A DNA stretch of 64,000 nucleotides from Octopus bimaculoides (lineage: Eukaryota): positions 98,486,957 to 98,550,956 of the forward strand of contig NC_068986.1 of the NCBI RefSeq assembly GCF_001194135.2. Direction: 5' to 3'. The notes beneath the pieces are model-generated. The model made no database searches, was not told where the DNA came from, and was given only the letters and a program-made list of their open reading frames with translations. The translations under genes and the position numbers were made by a program. Below are positions 49,477 through 62,720 of this stretch, piece after piece. How positions within the stretch are numbered: the stretch's first letter is position 1; every line of letters begins with the position of its first letter.

Positions 49477-51109
49477 NNNNNNNNNNNNNNNNNNNNNNNN
49501 NNNNNNNNNNNNNNNNNNNNNNNNNNNNNNNNNNNNNNNNNNNNNNNNNNNNNNNNNNNNNNNNNNNNNNNNNNNNNNNNNNNNNNNNNNNNNNNNNNNN
49601 NNNNNNNNNNNNNNNNNNNNNNNNNNNNNNNNNNNNNNNNNNNNNNNNNNNNNNNNNNNNNNNNNNNNNNNNNNNNNNNNNNNNNNNNNNNNNNNNNNNN
49701 NNNNNNNNNNNNNNNNNNNNNNNNNNNNNNNNNNNNNNNNNNNNNNNNNNNNNNNNNNNNNNNNNNNNNNNNNNNNNNNNNNNNNNNNNNNNNNNNNNNN
49801 NNNNNNNNNNNNNNNNNNNNNNNNNNNNNNNNNNNNNNNNNNNNNNNNNNNNNNNNNNNNNNNNNNNNNNNNNNNNNNNNNNNNNNNNNNNNNNNNNNNN
49901 NNNNNNNNNNNNNNNNNNNNNNNNNNNNNNNNNNNNNNNNNNNNNNNNNNNNNNNNNNNNNNNNNNNNNNNNNNNNNNNNNNNNNNNNNNNNNNNNNNNN
50001 NNNNNNNNNNNNNNNNNNNNNNNNNNNNNNNNNNNNNNNNNNNNNNNNNNNNNNNNNNNNNNNNNNNNNNNNNNNNNNNNNNNNNNNNNNNNNNNNNNNN
50101 NNNNNNNNNNNNNNNNNNNNNNNNNNNNNNNNNNNNNNNNNNNNNNNNNNNNNNNNNNNNNNNNNNNNNNNNNNNNNNNNNNNNNNATATATATATATAT
50201 ATATATATACTCATAAATAAGTAGTAAAAGATGTGGATTCAGAGAATCGTGCAGCTATCGCAGAAAGCTCATCTTGCGGACTCGGTTAACCGTCCACACA
50301 ATGATCAACTACGAAGACGTCTAATGTAGATAGTCCATGTTACTGATTCAGAAGATCCGATAGATGAAGGTACTTCGTGAGGACTACATAAAATCGATAA
50401 AATCAGGAGATATGAGAGGTAAATATATATTTACTTAACCACGTGGCTTCCATTGGAAAGTTGAGTCATTAGTGTAAGCATAATATTCCCAAGATCTGAT
50501 GATTTAGTTTTCTTTAGATGCATTAATTTGTGGATGTACTATTGTATTGTATTGCCAAGCATATTAACATAAACATTTATGCATAATTTCTTCCATACTG
50601 GAATTAAGACTACATGAAGAAGATTGTAACACAATTTTATGCTAACTTAAGCACCCGTGCACATGCAAAAAACACATGAACATATGTACATCTGTATGTA
50701 ATATATGTACATATATNNNNNNNNNNACTACTATCCCTCCAATTAGATTATATAGAATTTAAATTCTTGTTTGATTTACTAGTCTGTTAAATAACAGCAC
50801 AGTCGAGATGGTATGTTTTCTTCTCTTACTCTTGTTTTTTGCACACATCTTCAAAATGACTTTCTAAAATGAAATTCCATTATGCAGCTGAGGAGTACAT
50901 TTTCATTATACATTCTATGTAGTGTTCTCACATCATGAATAAATGGGGCTTGTTCGAAACGTACGTACTGCTATAACCTATTGAATTTTTGTTGCTTTTC
51001 GTCAAATTTTATTCACCAAATTTCTTGATTTTGTTTCTGATTTTTACCCTACCAAATTCTGGTGCCTCAAACATTTTAGGTACCACATTTAATCTTTTGA
51101 TTAAATCTA

Positions 51110-51160
<51 letters not shown>

Positions 51161-52189
51161 NNNNNNNNNNNNNNNNNNNNNNNNNNNNNNNNNNNNNNNN
51201 NNNNNNNNNNNNNNNNNNNNNNNNNNNNNNNNNNNNNNNNNNNNNNNNNNNNNNNNNNNNNNNNNNNNNNNNNNNNNNNNNNNNNNNNNNNNNNNNNNNN
51301 NNNNNNNNNNNNNNNNNNNNNNNNNNNNNNNNNNNNNNNNNNNNNNNNNNNNNNNNNNNNNNNNNNNNNNNNNNNNNNNNNNNNNNNNNNNNNNNNNNNN
51401 NNNNNNNNNNNNNNNNNNNNNNNNNNNNNNNNNNNNNNNNNNNNNNNNNNNNNNNNNNNNNNNNNNNNNNNNNNNNNNNNNNNNNNNNNNNNNNNNNNNN
51501 NNNNNNNNNNNNNNNNNNNNNNNNNNNNNNNNNNNNNNNNNNNNNNNNNNNNNNNNNNNNNNNNNNNNNNNNNNNNNNNNNNNNNNNNNNNNNNNNNNNN
51601 NNNNNNNNNNNNNNNNNNNNNNNNNNNNNNNNNNNNNNNNNNNNNNNNNNNNNNNNNNNNNNNNNNNNNNNNNNNNNNNNNNNNNNNNNNNNNNNNNNNN
51701 NNNNNNNNNNNNNNNNNNNNNNNNNNNNNNNNNNNNNNNNNNNNNNNNNNNNNNNNNNNNNNNNNNNNNNNNNNNNNNNNNNNNNNNNNNNNNNNNNNNN
51801 NNNNNNNNNNNNNNNNNNNNNNNNNNNNNNNNNNNNNNNNNNNNNNNNNNNNNNNNNNNNNNNNNNNNNNNNNNNNNNNNNNNNNNNNNNNNNNNNNNNN
51901 NNNNNNNNNNNNNNNNNNNNNNNNNNNNNNNNNNNNNNNNNNNNNNNNNNNNNNNNNNNNNNNNNNNNNNNNNNNNNNNNNNNNNNNNNNNNNNNNNNNN
52001 NNNNNNNNNNNNNNNNNNNNNNNNNNNNNNNNNNNNNNNNNNNNNNNNNNNNNNNNNNNATATATATATATATTTAAAGATATATATATATATATATGTA
52101 TATATATGATAGTTGAACCTAAAGTTATGCAAAAGTGAACGAAGACAGCATAGCTTTGTTTATGAACTAGTATAGATGGTTCAAATTTC

Positions 52190-53280
52190 ACATCTTGTAG
52201 ACTAATAATTCATTTATACAGAGATACTTGTGAACATAGACCCCATCATATGCAATGGCTTAACCATCTTGTTGAAGCCAAATCTCGATTCCCCTTTGAG
52301 AAATTCGTGTGTGTACACTGATGTAACCATCTACTTTGGAGATAACTCATCTGTGTCCTCAAATCTTAGATCCTGAAGACAGTACTTCATTGAACCGAAC
52401 ATGTTGTAGCCAGAGGGCTCTAAACCTAGGCTCTGTGGAAGGTGGGTGACCACTGGTCAAACCAATTTGCCGATTACCTGATGTGTGTGTGCCCGCATTA
52501 TCACATTGACTGTAAATCGTTTTCCGACTCTTGGTTTCTTCCTTGTAATGGTTTCTCAAAGCTATTAAGAGTTCCAATAGATCATTCACTCTGCGCAGAA
52601 CTGCCACGTACCATTAACTCATAGAGATCACCTTGTAATCGCGTAAAAGAGTTAACTGTAATCGATGTCAGTTGAACTTCTTGAACCTTGAAGAAGAAGG
52701 GTGACAAAATCCAGTGGACTGAGCTTTAAGTTCCGAGTCATAAAGATACGACCATGTTTCCATGTTTCATTCCGTGTTGCCGAATCTGGCTTCAAAAGCT
52801 TCCCGATATTAGAGTATACTACCCACTTCTCTCATCCAAATTTGGTGTTATCTGTTGAGGTGCCCATTAGGACAACCATTCCGATACTGGAAGTTATGCA
52901 TCATCTTCATTAATACATTGTTACTACAGTGCAGCTGTACAGCCAACTCAAGTATTGGGTTTCATATGTTCACATGAATCAGTTCTTGCATTCACTGGTG
53001 ATTTGTGAAACTATCGCACATTATGGCGTCCCACAGCGTGCGGATCTTTCAATGCTACTTTTCTGTTCTTCAGATTTCTTCCTTCATCTGTACACATTGC
53101 TCTTTTCAATGGTTTCATCTCCTTAAACAGTTTGCAGCCCTCTACACATGGTTTTTCATCAAGACAAAGCTATATGTTGCTTTTGCTTGGCATTCATTCT
53201 TTATGTCCCAAAAAGAATAGGAAGGACATTTACTGTAGAAGAAGAGTTATTCTACCATGTGAAGTTTGAACATCTTACTT
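52190..53280 (-). mobile_element. Highly degenerate, nearly full-length mariner transposase
   Basis: Minus strand, in order: V*GDETIEKSNVYRW, KWVVYS, (T)RNETWSYLYDSELKAQS, RVNDLLELL..LR, QCDNAGTHTS, THLPQSLGLEPSGYNMFGSMK...RFED. An 18/19-bp inverted motif lies at 52175-52193 / 53257-53274. Confidence 0.75.
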
Positions 53281-53749
53281 CAATTAAAAATTACCCTTTT
53301 GTAATACTTTCGGTACATTACTCGGATATACATACAATGTTATATGTGCGCATGCGCGTGGGTATGCGTCTGTGTAAGTATGAATATGTATTGCTGAAAA
53401 CTTGGGAACTATAAATAATGTAATCAATATATTTTCCTAGTCATATATTCCAGAATTTTTTTCATAATCCGCATATTTATATGAGTCTGGTAGGTAGCTT
53501 CCGGTTAGAGGGCTTTATGTGAATATCATGCCTTAATAAAAATAACTGTCTATCTGAAACTCGAGTTCTGTGTCTCAAACCCCAAACACTTTCTTATATT
53601 TTGAAGTGTCTGTTTCTGGTCTTTTAATTATTTTTGTAGTCATCTCCTTAGCATATTACCCTATAGTTATATGTAATATGTTACCCTTTATGTTTTCAGT
53701 TTAGTTTGTAGTAGGTTCTTTTATTTTCGTTTTGGTTTTGGCAATTTCG

Positions 53750-54540
53750 TTACTTTTTTCATTCTAAATCTAATTGTTTGTTATCTCAGGAACTGCTTCA
53801 TATTTGTTGAAGAACTCCAACATTCTTCGCTTGATTTATTCGTGTTTTGTAGCTATTTGTATTAGTTTCCATTTAATCTTCACTAGATAATTATGTGTTC
53901 CCACAGCAGATATCGTTAATTTTCTAGCTAGAGAACGTCCCTCCTATATTCGTAGTAACTACAATGTTTCTTATCGCGTATATTCTAAAAACAGTGATTT
54001 TCTTGTTTTTCTGTCTTGTTTTCCTGATTCACTTAGCACCCAGTGGGGAAAATATAATTTACTACTGGAGCATCAAAAGAATCGGGGGGTGTCCGTTACC
54101 TTATGTTTATATTTAACTCTCTTTTAAGCATTAATCTAATTCCTCTATTATATTTCTTTTTATCCTTTTCGTTTCTTTAGTGTATGTTGTGCTGTGTCTG
54201 GTTCATTAACTTCTAAATATTTGCACTATTGTTTTTGCTGTACTTTTACTTCTGTGTGTAAATCTAATATGATATTACTAATGTTGATTAGTCTTCGTCT
54301 TTCATATAACCTCGCGTTTCTCCTTTTGTTTGTTTTCTCCTAGACTCAATTTAATATCTATTCCTCCAGTGAATCTATTTACTCTGTGTAATACTGCGTC
54401 CATTTATTTATCATTAGCAGTCTACTGTCTTCCTTTTCAGACATATTTATCATACATTTCTTTTCTATATTTTCTTGGTGTTATTTCCCCCATTCAATGA
54501 AAATCCGGCTTTATTTTGCAACATTTCTTCTATATTATCC
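53750..54540 (-). pseudogene. Decayed R4/Dong RT fragment
   Basis: Minus-strand remnants KYLEVNEPDTAQH, KYNRGIRLMLKRELN, DAPVVNY and DRKTRK match the Dong RT C-terminal half. Confidence 0.55.
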
Positions 54541-54838
54541 CTCATTAATCACCCACGAGGCAATTAAAAGAACAGCTTCATATGAAAACTAGTTAACAGT
54601 TTATAGCAAGTGTTCAACTGCACCAACACGGGACTATGTTTCTTTTGAGGGGTTTTAGTATTAGTAAGTGAAGGACACACGCGCATACACGCACATACAC
54701 ACACATACGCACGCATACATAGAGAGATACATTATATACATTCATACATACACATAGATATATATGTATATGCATTAGTATATATAGACACATATAAATG
54801 TATATATAAATCTCTGTCTATGTATGTATGTATTTATG

Positions 54839-54870
<32 letters not shown>

Positions 54871-55593
54871 AAAACTGGATACGAATGGCTTTTCTGACAA
54901 TTTCTCTGCTTTAATAAAATAGATGTTTATAAATCATTAGGTGTTTACGACGTACATTTACATGGAGTACAAAGTCCAGGGTGAAAGAAAACGTACTGCT
55001 TTATAATTCTGTCAACTCTAATGATAACAGCTTGTGGGCGTGATTCATTATAGTTTGTCATTATAGTTTATGGTCATCGTACCGTTACTGTGTGCATACA
55101 TAAATATATACCCATACATGCAAGCACTAGGTGTATATGTGTTTATATGCCTGAGTATTTCTTTATATGGCCATACATAAATACTCTTCCATATGCGTGC
55201 AGCTAAGTATACCAATGAGTTACATAAAACCTCATACACACATACAATTACAGATAGATTAAGTGAGAGATAGGTAGATAATCAAGCAGAGACATTGAGA
55301 GATACATTGATTTATTCAGCTTGTCAGATTGAATAATGTCAGGAAATGATAAGGAAATCCAATTTTTATTGAAATTGATTTACTGCGATCTAAAGTATGC
55401 TGTCTCTTTTTTAATGCCCTGCGGAAATGTCTCCCGATCATTATATCGTGAGTTCAAATCCCACCAACATCAAGTTTGCCTTTTATCCTACTGGATTCCA
55501 TGAAATGAAGAACCATATAGTTACTGAGTTTCACGGTATCAATAAACTCTTCCTGCCAAAACACAAGCTTTTTTTTTTTTTGCTTAAATCATA

Positions 55594-55664
<71 letters not shown>

Positions 55665-56669
55665 TGACTGAAAATGGCATGGAAAACCTCTCAATGGCAA
55701 ATACCCAAAGAGAGCGAATAATGCAGATATTGACAAAGCCCTTACCCATCAATGGCTAATAGCCTCTGGCTTGAAATCAGAAACAGAGGGGTTTATTATA
55801 GCAGCCCAAGATGAATGCCTACCTACAAAGAACTACCAGGCCAACATATTAAAGAACGGCAGCTCCCCANNNNNNNNNNNNNNNNNNNNNNNNNNNNNNN
55901 NNNNNNNNNNNNNNNNNNNNNNNNNNNNNNNNNNNNNNNNNNNNNNNNNNNNNNNNNNNNNNNNNNNNNNNNNNNNNNNNNNNNNNNNNNNNNNNNNNNN
56001 NNNNNNNNNNNNNNNNNNNNNNNNNNNNNNNNNNNNNNNNNNNNNNNNNNNNNNNNNNNNNNNNNNNNNNNNNNNNNNNNNNNNNNNNNNNNNNNNNNNN
56101 NNNNNNNNNNNNNNNNNNNNNNNNNNNNNNNNNNNNNNNNNNNNNNNNNNNNNNNNNNNNNNNNNNNNNNNNNNNNNNNNNNNNNNNNNNNNNNNNNNNN
56201 NNNNNNNNNNNNNNNNNNNNNNNNNNNNNNNNNNNNNNNNNNNNNNNNNNNNNNNNNNNNNNNNNNNNNNNNNNNNNNNNNNNNNNNNNNNNNNNNNNNN
56301 NNNNNNNNNNNNNNNNNNNNNNNNNNNNNNNNNNNNNNNNNNNNNNNNNNNNNNNNNNNNNNNNNNNNNNNNNNNNNNNNNNNNNNNNNNNNNNNNNNNN
56401 NNNNNNNNNNNNNNNNNNNNNNNNNNNNNNNNNNNNNNNNNNNNNNNNNNNNNNNNNNNNNNNNNNNNNNNNNNNNGATCTCAAATTTTAAAACAAACAC
56501 ATAATTTTCTTATGGTTTCTTATACATTCACTAGAACAAAACTGTACAAATCCAAATATATGGTACCCTAGGCATAACACCTACATGAACTTCTAACTTG
56601 TTGTCTCTTGAGGTCTCTGGGTGAGACTTGGATCCAACTTGTACAAATGCAAGGCAAAGTCAAACATAA

Positions 56670-56670
<1 letters not shown>
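55665..56670 (+). mobile_element. 5'-truncated Dong copy 1 (middle in gap) between (AAT)n tracts
   Basis: KWHGKPLNGKYP...THQWLIASGLKSETEGFIIAAQDECLPTKNYQ; the 3'UTR at 56476-56670 is homologous to 56964-57153. Confidence 0.85.
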
Positions 56671-56725
<55 letters not shown>

Positions 56726-56762
56726 TAATAATAATAATAATGATGATGATGATGATGATGAT

Positions 56763-57150
56763 AAAGATCTTGAAATAGAGATTGGCAAAATGTGGAACCT
56801 CAAGACTAAAACAATACCTGTTGTCATAGGTGCCTCAGGAATAATAGCAAAAGGAGCTGATTGCTACCTATCTCAGATACCAGGAAACCCCAAAATGACA
56901 GAAATTCAAGAGATAGTGCTCATGGGAACTGCCCATACCCTTCATAACATACTGTCTATGTAATCTCAAATTTTAAAGCAAACTCATAATTTTCTTATGT
57001 TTTCTTAAACATTCTCTAGAACAATAACATGCACAAAACCAAATATATGGCACCCTAGGTATAACACCAACATGAACTTCTAACTTGTCTCTTAAAGTCC
57101 CTGGGTAAGAATTGGAGACAACTTGTACAAATACAAAGTAAAAGTCAAAC

Positions 57151-57153
<3 letters not shown>
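56763..57153 (+). mobile_element. 5'-truncated Dong copy 2 (endonuclease C-terminus plus 3'UTR)
   Basis: KDLEIEIGKMWNLKTKTIPVVIGASG...IQEIVLMGTAHTL.NILSM* (stop 56961-56963), then 3'UTR and (AAT)n. Confidence 0.9.
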
Positions 57154-57240
<87 letters not shown>

Positions 57241-57241
<1 letters not shown>

Positions 57242-57892
57242 CTTGAAACATTTAACTACTGGATGCTAAAGCCCATTGAAAACCATGAAAAAACGTAAGA
57301 AGCTTCATTCCGTTATGAAGGAGAGCAAAACAAAATTTCAAGTGAGCTTATGCATAATACCCAGGTTGAACAGCATGAGAGAAGTGCAGTAACTGTAGTT
57401 GCAAAGAAGGTGAAATCAATAGCAAAGCAAAATGCGCTGGAACAATTGACTGATGGGAACAAAAACCTCTGCATGGCAAATATGTGGCCAGTAACAAACA
57501 AGCTGATGTAGACCAGAAGCACACCCATCAGTGGCTACGGAGCTCAGGGCTAAAGGCAGAGAGTGAAGGCTTTATCTTGGCTGCCCAAAATCAGAGCTTA
57601 TTGACTCGAAACTATGAAGCCAACGTGATGAAAAAGGGAGTAGACTCAAAGTCTACAACGATACTGCAATGGTGTGATAGAAACAGTCGACCACCTAATC
57701 TCTGGATGTAAGGTTTTAGCTCCTGTAGAGTAAAAATCAAGACATGACAGAATTGTTCAATATCTACATTGGTTAATATGTCGGCATTATAAAATCAAAA
57801 CTCCTGACAAATGCGACAAGCACCATCCTGAAGATGTAACTGACGGAGAAAATGTAGCTATTCTTTGGAACTTCCCAGTGTGTACAGACATT
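57241..57892 (+). mobile_element. Dong copy 3 (different subfamily), truncated at both ends
   Basis: KPLHGKY...THQWLRSSGLKAESEGFILAAQNQSLLTRNY...DHLISGC..L..RHDRI..YLHW.IC.HY...ILWNFPVCTD. Confidence 0.85.
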
Positions 57893-58010
57893 GTTGTGAT
57901 AGACAATTCCTTTATCTTCCGCTTGATGCCTTCTGATACTGTTCCCAAGAACCCAACAATAAGTGAGACTATCTTGACCCTCTGCATTTTCCATTATTTT
58001 TATTATCATT
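57893..58010 (-). mobile_element. Inverted Dong endonuclease C-terminal fragment
   Basis: Minus WKMQRVKIVSLIVGFLGTVSEGIKRKIKELSIT; similar to 47440-47500. Confidence 0.75.
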
Positions 58011-58174
58011 ATTGAGTGAGAGAGCAGTGCATGCCATCAAAGTGACACTGGGGTACAAATATACGAAGCCCATTATACCCATCATGACTACCCGTCTGAT
58101 AAGGGTACACCAGGCACATGCAGCACAACCATATGTGCGCGACATGGTGATCTCATATCAAGATAAACAGCGCA

Positions 58175-58325
<151 letters not shown>

Positions 58326-58329
58326 TTTA

Positions 58330-59345
58330 CTTCTCAGAACGTTCGGTATTGTTTGTTCTGATAGATTCTGTGAGAGCGGATAGCAGCCTGCTCCCTCAGC
58401 TCTCTTTCCGCACGTTACATGCTTTCATACTTTGTTGTTAATTATCGTGGGGGACATTCAACATCTCAAAATCCTAGCTGTCCTCATCAGAGCAGTTTTG
58501 GAGGCTTGTTCTACTCTCATGTCAATTCCGATATCTTTGACATATTTCTCGAACTTGGTTGTTAGTACTCCGAGTGCTCCAACAACTACTGGAATGACAG
58601 ACACTCTACTCATAGTCTACACTCTTGCAATTTCGTCTCTTAGTTCTCTGTACTTTTCAATCTTTTTTAGTTCTTTTAGTTCTATATGTGCATCTCCAAG
58701 TATTGCAATATCTATAATCTTGGTTTTGTTTTCTTTTTTATCTACCAGAACCATATTTGGTCTCCGTGCCACGATTAGGGAGACACGTTGGATTGTAAAA
58801 TCTCACAGCATCTTACGTTCTTTCTTCCTGCTGACTCCTTAAGGTTCATATTCGTACCATTTCAGTGCTCTGTTCAGGCCGTACTTTTCACGTAGCCTCC
58901 AATGGCCGATTTTAGCTCTCACAAAGGGGCGATTCGCTACTCTTATCTATTTGGAACTAGGTATAATTAATTCTCAGGGCTTATTCCTTGGTGCTGCCTC
59001 AGTGGACGAATTTAGCCACGTTATCGTGCCTTTTGTAGTGTTTTTGAGCCAGCTTGCTACGCTCACTCACAATATGTGAGATGATTTCGTTTCTGCTCCC
59101 ACACATCATACAAAGGGCGATACGCTACTCTTAACTATTTGGAACTTGATGTAATTAGTTCTCAGAGCTTATTCCTGGGTGCTGCCTCGGTGCATCCTTT
59201 CAGATCACTTTGTTTTAGCCATCTCTAAGTGTTGATCTTGCCTTTTCCTTTGATTTCTCTGACGTATTGCCCATGCAGTGGTTTCTTTTTCCAGTTGTTT
59301 ACTTTCTTCTTCATCTTATTTCTTAAATGCTTGTGTGTGCATCAC
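58330..59345 (-). mobile_element. 5'-truncated Dong element (RT end, CCHC region, restriction-like endonuclease, 3'UTR) with an internal duplication
   Basis: KPLHGQYVRE, CMMCG...HIVSE..KLAQK.YKRHDNVAKFVH, RRPNMVLVDK..IIDIAILGD...KIEKYRELRDEI...IPVVVGALG...TALMRTARIL. Confidence 0.88.
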
Positions 59346-59397
59346 ATTTTCGGTAAGTATTATATTGTTAAATCTAAAAGCGGCAAATAAGGATTCA

Positions 59398-59444
<47 letters not shown>

Positions 59445-59446
<2 letters not shown>

Positions 59447-59668
59447 TATAGAAAGTTAAAGAAGTGATGTTTAAATTCTCAATCGCAGAATAATGCTAAT
59501 ATTATAGCCTGAACTGGATAAACTATCCCTATTTTTGCAGAGAAAAGTGTAGGTGGCCAGCTACACTTTTCTCTGCAAAAATAGGGATAGTTTATCCTGT
59601 TCAGGCTATATTATTAGCATTATTCTGCGATTGAGAATTTAAACATCACTTCTTTAACTTTCTATAAA
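59445..59668. repeat. 224-bp spacerless palindrome (112-bp arms, 3 mismatched pairs)
   Basis: Checked base by base: centre TGG|CCA between 59556 and 59557; mismatches at 59502/59611, 59515/59598 and 59553/59560. Confidence 0.97.
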
Positions 59669-59743
59669 AAAGACATCTCAACGCTTCTAAAGGCAAGCTT
59701 CGCTTGTTTGTTTACGTTTGTCGTAATTTGAATTTGTTATTAT

Positions 59744-59744
<1 letters not shown>

Positions 59745-59812
<68 letters not shown>

Positions 59813-59915
59813 GACTACTACTACTAAGGTGGTGAGCTTTCAGAATCGCTAGCACGTCTTCTCGTTCTAAGTTCAAATTCCGCCGAGTTCGACCTTACCT
59901 TTTGTCATTTCGAGA
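59745..59915 (+). mobile_element. (ACT)n microsatellite followed by a SINE head fragment (third family)
   Basis: GGTGGTGAGCTTTCAGAATCGCTAGCAC...AGTTCAAATTCCGCCGAGTTCGAC is homologous to 26628-26735. Confidence 0.65.
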
Positions 59916-61137
59916 AGTAGAGCACAAAACAAAATATTATTAGCAAATTCTCTTCCTGAACAGAATATTGACCATTTTCAGCCAGATTTTATCACCGACA
60001 AGAACAATATTAATTTAAACAATGTAAACAGAACGATTAATATAGCAAAAATTACACAAGCGTATATCTCTAAACGGAGGATTGGGTGATAAATATTTTC
60101 GAAGAATACGGATCAAGAATCCTTTATCTTAGTGGTGAATCTTAATAAAATTCAGTTTCTATTATTGTAGTAAAGTAAAATATTTCGTGACCATCTTCTA
60201 ACTGGAAATGATTAATTTAGATTGAAGGTTCTAATAAGACGTTCGTAATTAAAGAATTATCAGCTTGGAATTATTTATGCCACTAATTCCTGGAATGTTA
60301 TTCCAATCAATTTATTTGTAGTACATCCGTGCAAACATTTGATTACTGGCAATCTTCTAAAAGCTCCCATCAGGTATGAATTAAGTTATATTAACCCATG
60401 AGTCCCTTAACAGTGTTAAGAACCCCAGAAACAAACTAATCTTTGTATCTCACAAGGTTTTTGTGTACTGATGGTAATGAAATATTCTTCTTATCGAAAT
60501 GGATTTCGCTGATTATGCACAGAATTCGATATTGAGAGCGAGATGGTAAAGAAGGTGTGTTAAGTACATTCCCAGAAGCTTGCGCGTACCATAATGACTG
60601 AGGAGATGTAAAACGTGGTGAAGGGTGCCGGACACGAAGAAAACTTTTTGGTCGTTATACTAATTAGCGCAGTATATTTCCGTGGTAAGTAACGGGGCAT
60701 CCAAAAATTATATATGTAGATGAGTTCGGTCTACGTTGATATACATATCCCATTGACGAGCTATTGGGAGTTGTGCTTTGTCATAGTCACAATAAAAAAG
60801 GCCACGACACACTTGGCCTTGTGGTAGAAAGTCCAGCTGCTATACGTGTAGCACTTAAAATCTATCTGCCCGCAGAACACCGAAAGACATGGACGACGGC
60901 AATGCCAGATAAGATAAGAATTAATATAAGTTCCGATGCTACTACTTTCGTAGCATTACTAGTTAGAGGCTGAAAAACTGTAGAAATACTGCATTGTGCA
61001 TATCCCAAGACCAGGCAAATATGAACTACCTCTGGTATTACTGTCGGCCACTAAATTTACATTGGAAGTTGATTGAGATAAACTATAGTGAAATCAGTTA
61101 GAGAAAGTTGAAGCAAATAAAGTTTATATACGGCGAG

Positions 61138-61191
<54 letters not shown>

Positions 61192-61201
61192 NNNNNNNNN
61201 N

Positions 61202-61242
<41 letters not shown>

Positions 61243-61333
61243 GGAGATAGATGGAGAGAAAAAGCTACTTACAAAGACAAGTTGACATACGGGCATGCAA
61301 AAAGGCATACAGACAGACTGCAGATAGACAAGC

Positions 61334-61416
<83 letters not shown>

Positions 61417-61432
61417 CGAATAGGCAGACAGA

Positions 61433-61453
61433 CTAGATGACAGACAGACAGAC

Positions 61454-61498
<45 letters not shown>

Positions 61499-62501
61499 CA
61501 TTTCTTTTATTAGCCACACAGGGCTCAACAAAGATGGGAGNNNNNNNNNNNNNNNNNNNNNNNNNNNNNNNNNNNNNNNNNNNNNNNNNNNNNNNNNNNN
61601 NNNNNNNNNNNNNNNNNNNNNNNNNNNNNNNNNNNNNNNNNNNNNNNNNNNNNNNNNNNNNNNNNNNNNNNNNNNNNNNNNNNNNNNNNNNNNNNNNNNN
61701 NNNNNNNNNNNNNNNNNNNNNNNNNNNNNNNNNNNNNNNNNNNNNNNNNNNNNNNNNNNNNNNNNNNNNNNNNNNNNNNNNNNNNNNNNNNNNNNNNNNN
61801 NNNNNNNNNNNNNNNNNNNNNNNNNNNNNNNNNNNNNNNNNNNNNNNNNNNNNNNNNNNNNNNNNNNNNNNNNNNNNNNNNNNNNNNNNNNNNNNNNNNN
61901 NNNNNNNNNNNNNNNNNNNNNNNNNNNNNNNNNNNNNNNNNNNNNNNNNNNNNNNNNNNNNNNNNNNNNNNNNNNNNNNNNNNNNNNNNNNNNNNNNNNN
62001 NNNNNNNNNNNNNNNNNNNNNNNNNNNNNNNNNNNNNNNNNNNNNNNNNNNNNNNNNNNNNNNNNNNNNNNNNNNNNNNNNNNNNNNNNNNNNNNNNNNN
62101 NNNNNNNNNNNNNNNNNNNNNNNNNNNNNNNNNNNNNNNNNNNNNNNNNNNNNNNNNNNNNNNNNNNNNNNNNNNNNNNNNNNNNNNNNNNNNNNNNNNN
62201 NNNNNNNNNNNNNNNNNNNNNNNNNNNNNNNNNNNNNNNNNNNNNNNNNNNNNNNNNNNNNNNNNNNNNNNNNNNNNNNNNNNNNNNNNNNNNNNNNNNN
62301 NNNNNNNNNNNNNNNNNNNNNNNNNNNNNNNNNNNNNNNNNNNNNNNNNNNNNNNNNNNNNNNNNNNNNNNNNNNNNNNNNNNNNNNNNNNNNNNNNNNN
62401 NNNNNNNNNNNNNNNNNNNNNNNNNNNNNNNNNNNNNNNNNNNNNNNNNNNNNNNNNNNNNNNNNNNNNNNNNNNNNNNNCTAGATGACAGACAGACAGA
62501 C

Positions 62502-62546
<45 letters not shown>

Positions 62547-62588
62547 CATTTCTTTTATTAGCCACACAGGGCTCAACAAAGATGGGAG
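61433..62588. other. Identical 108-bp sequence on both sides of a 940-N gap; probable unmerged contig overlap
   Basis: 61433-61540 is identical to 62481-62588, including microsatellite length. Confidence 0.8.
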
Positions 62589-62720
62589 GGGGAAGGAAAA
62601 GAAAAAGAATGTAGGGTGTGTCGATCGTAGGAGGGGAAAAAAGCGGGGAGTTCGATCAATTAGCGAGGATATCAATGGCTAAGGTGAAGCGATGGATGGC
62701 ACATTGTACCTGCCGAATGC
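62546..62720 (-). mobile_element. Probable non-LTR element 3' end with AATAAA and an (ATCT)n tail
   Basis: Minus strand ...GCCCTGTGTGGCTAATAAAAGAAATGT(ATCT)n after a pyrimidine-rich 3'UTR-like stretch. Confidence 0.4.

Noticed and set aside
60640-60690. LISAVYFRG followed by GTAAGT as a serpin exon
   Set aside because: Only a short motif resemblance; there is an in-frame TAA upstream, no acceptor with a pyrimidine tract, and no other serpin exons.
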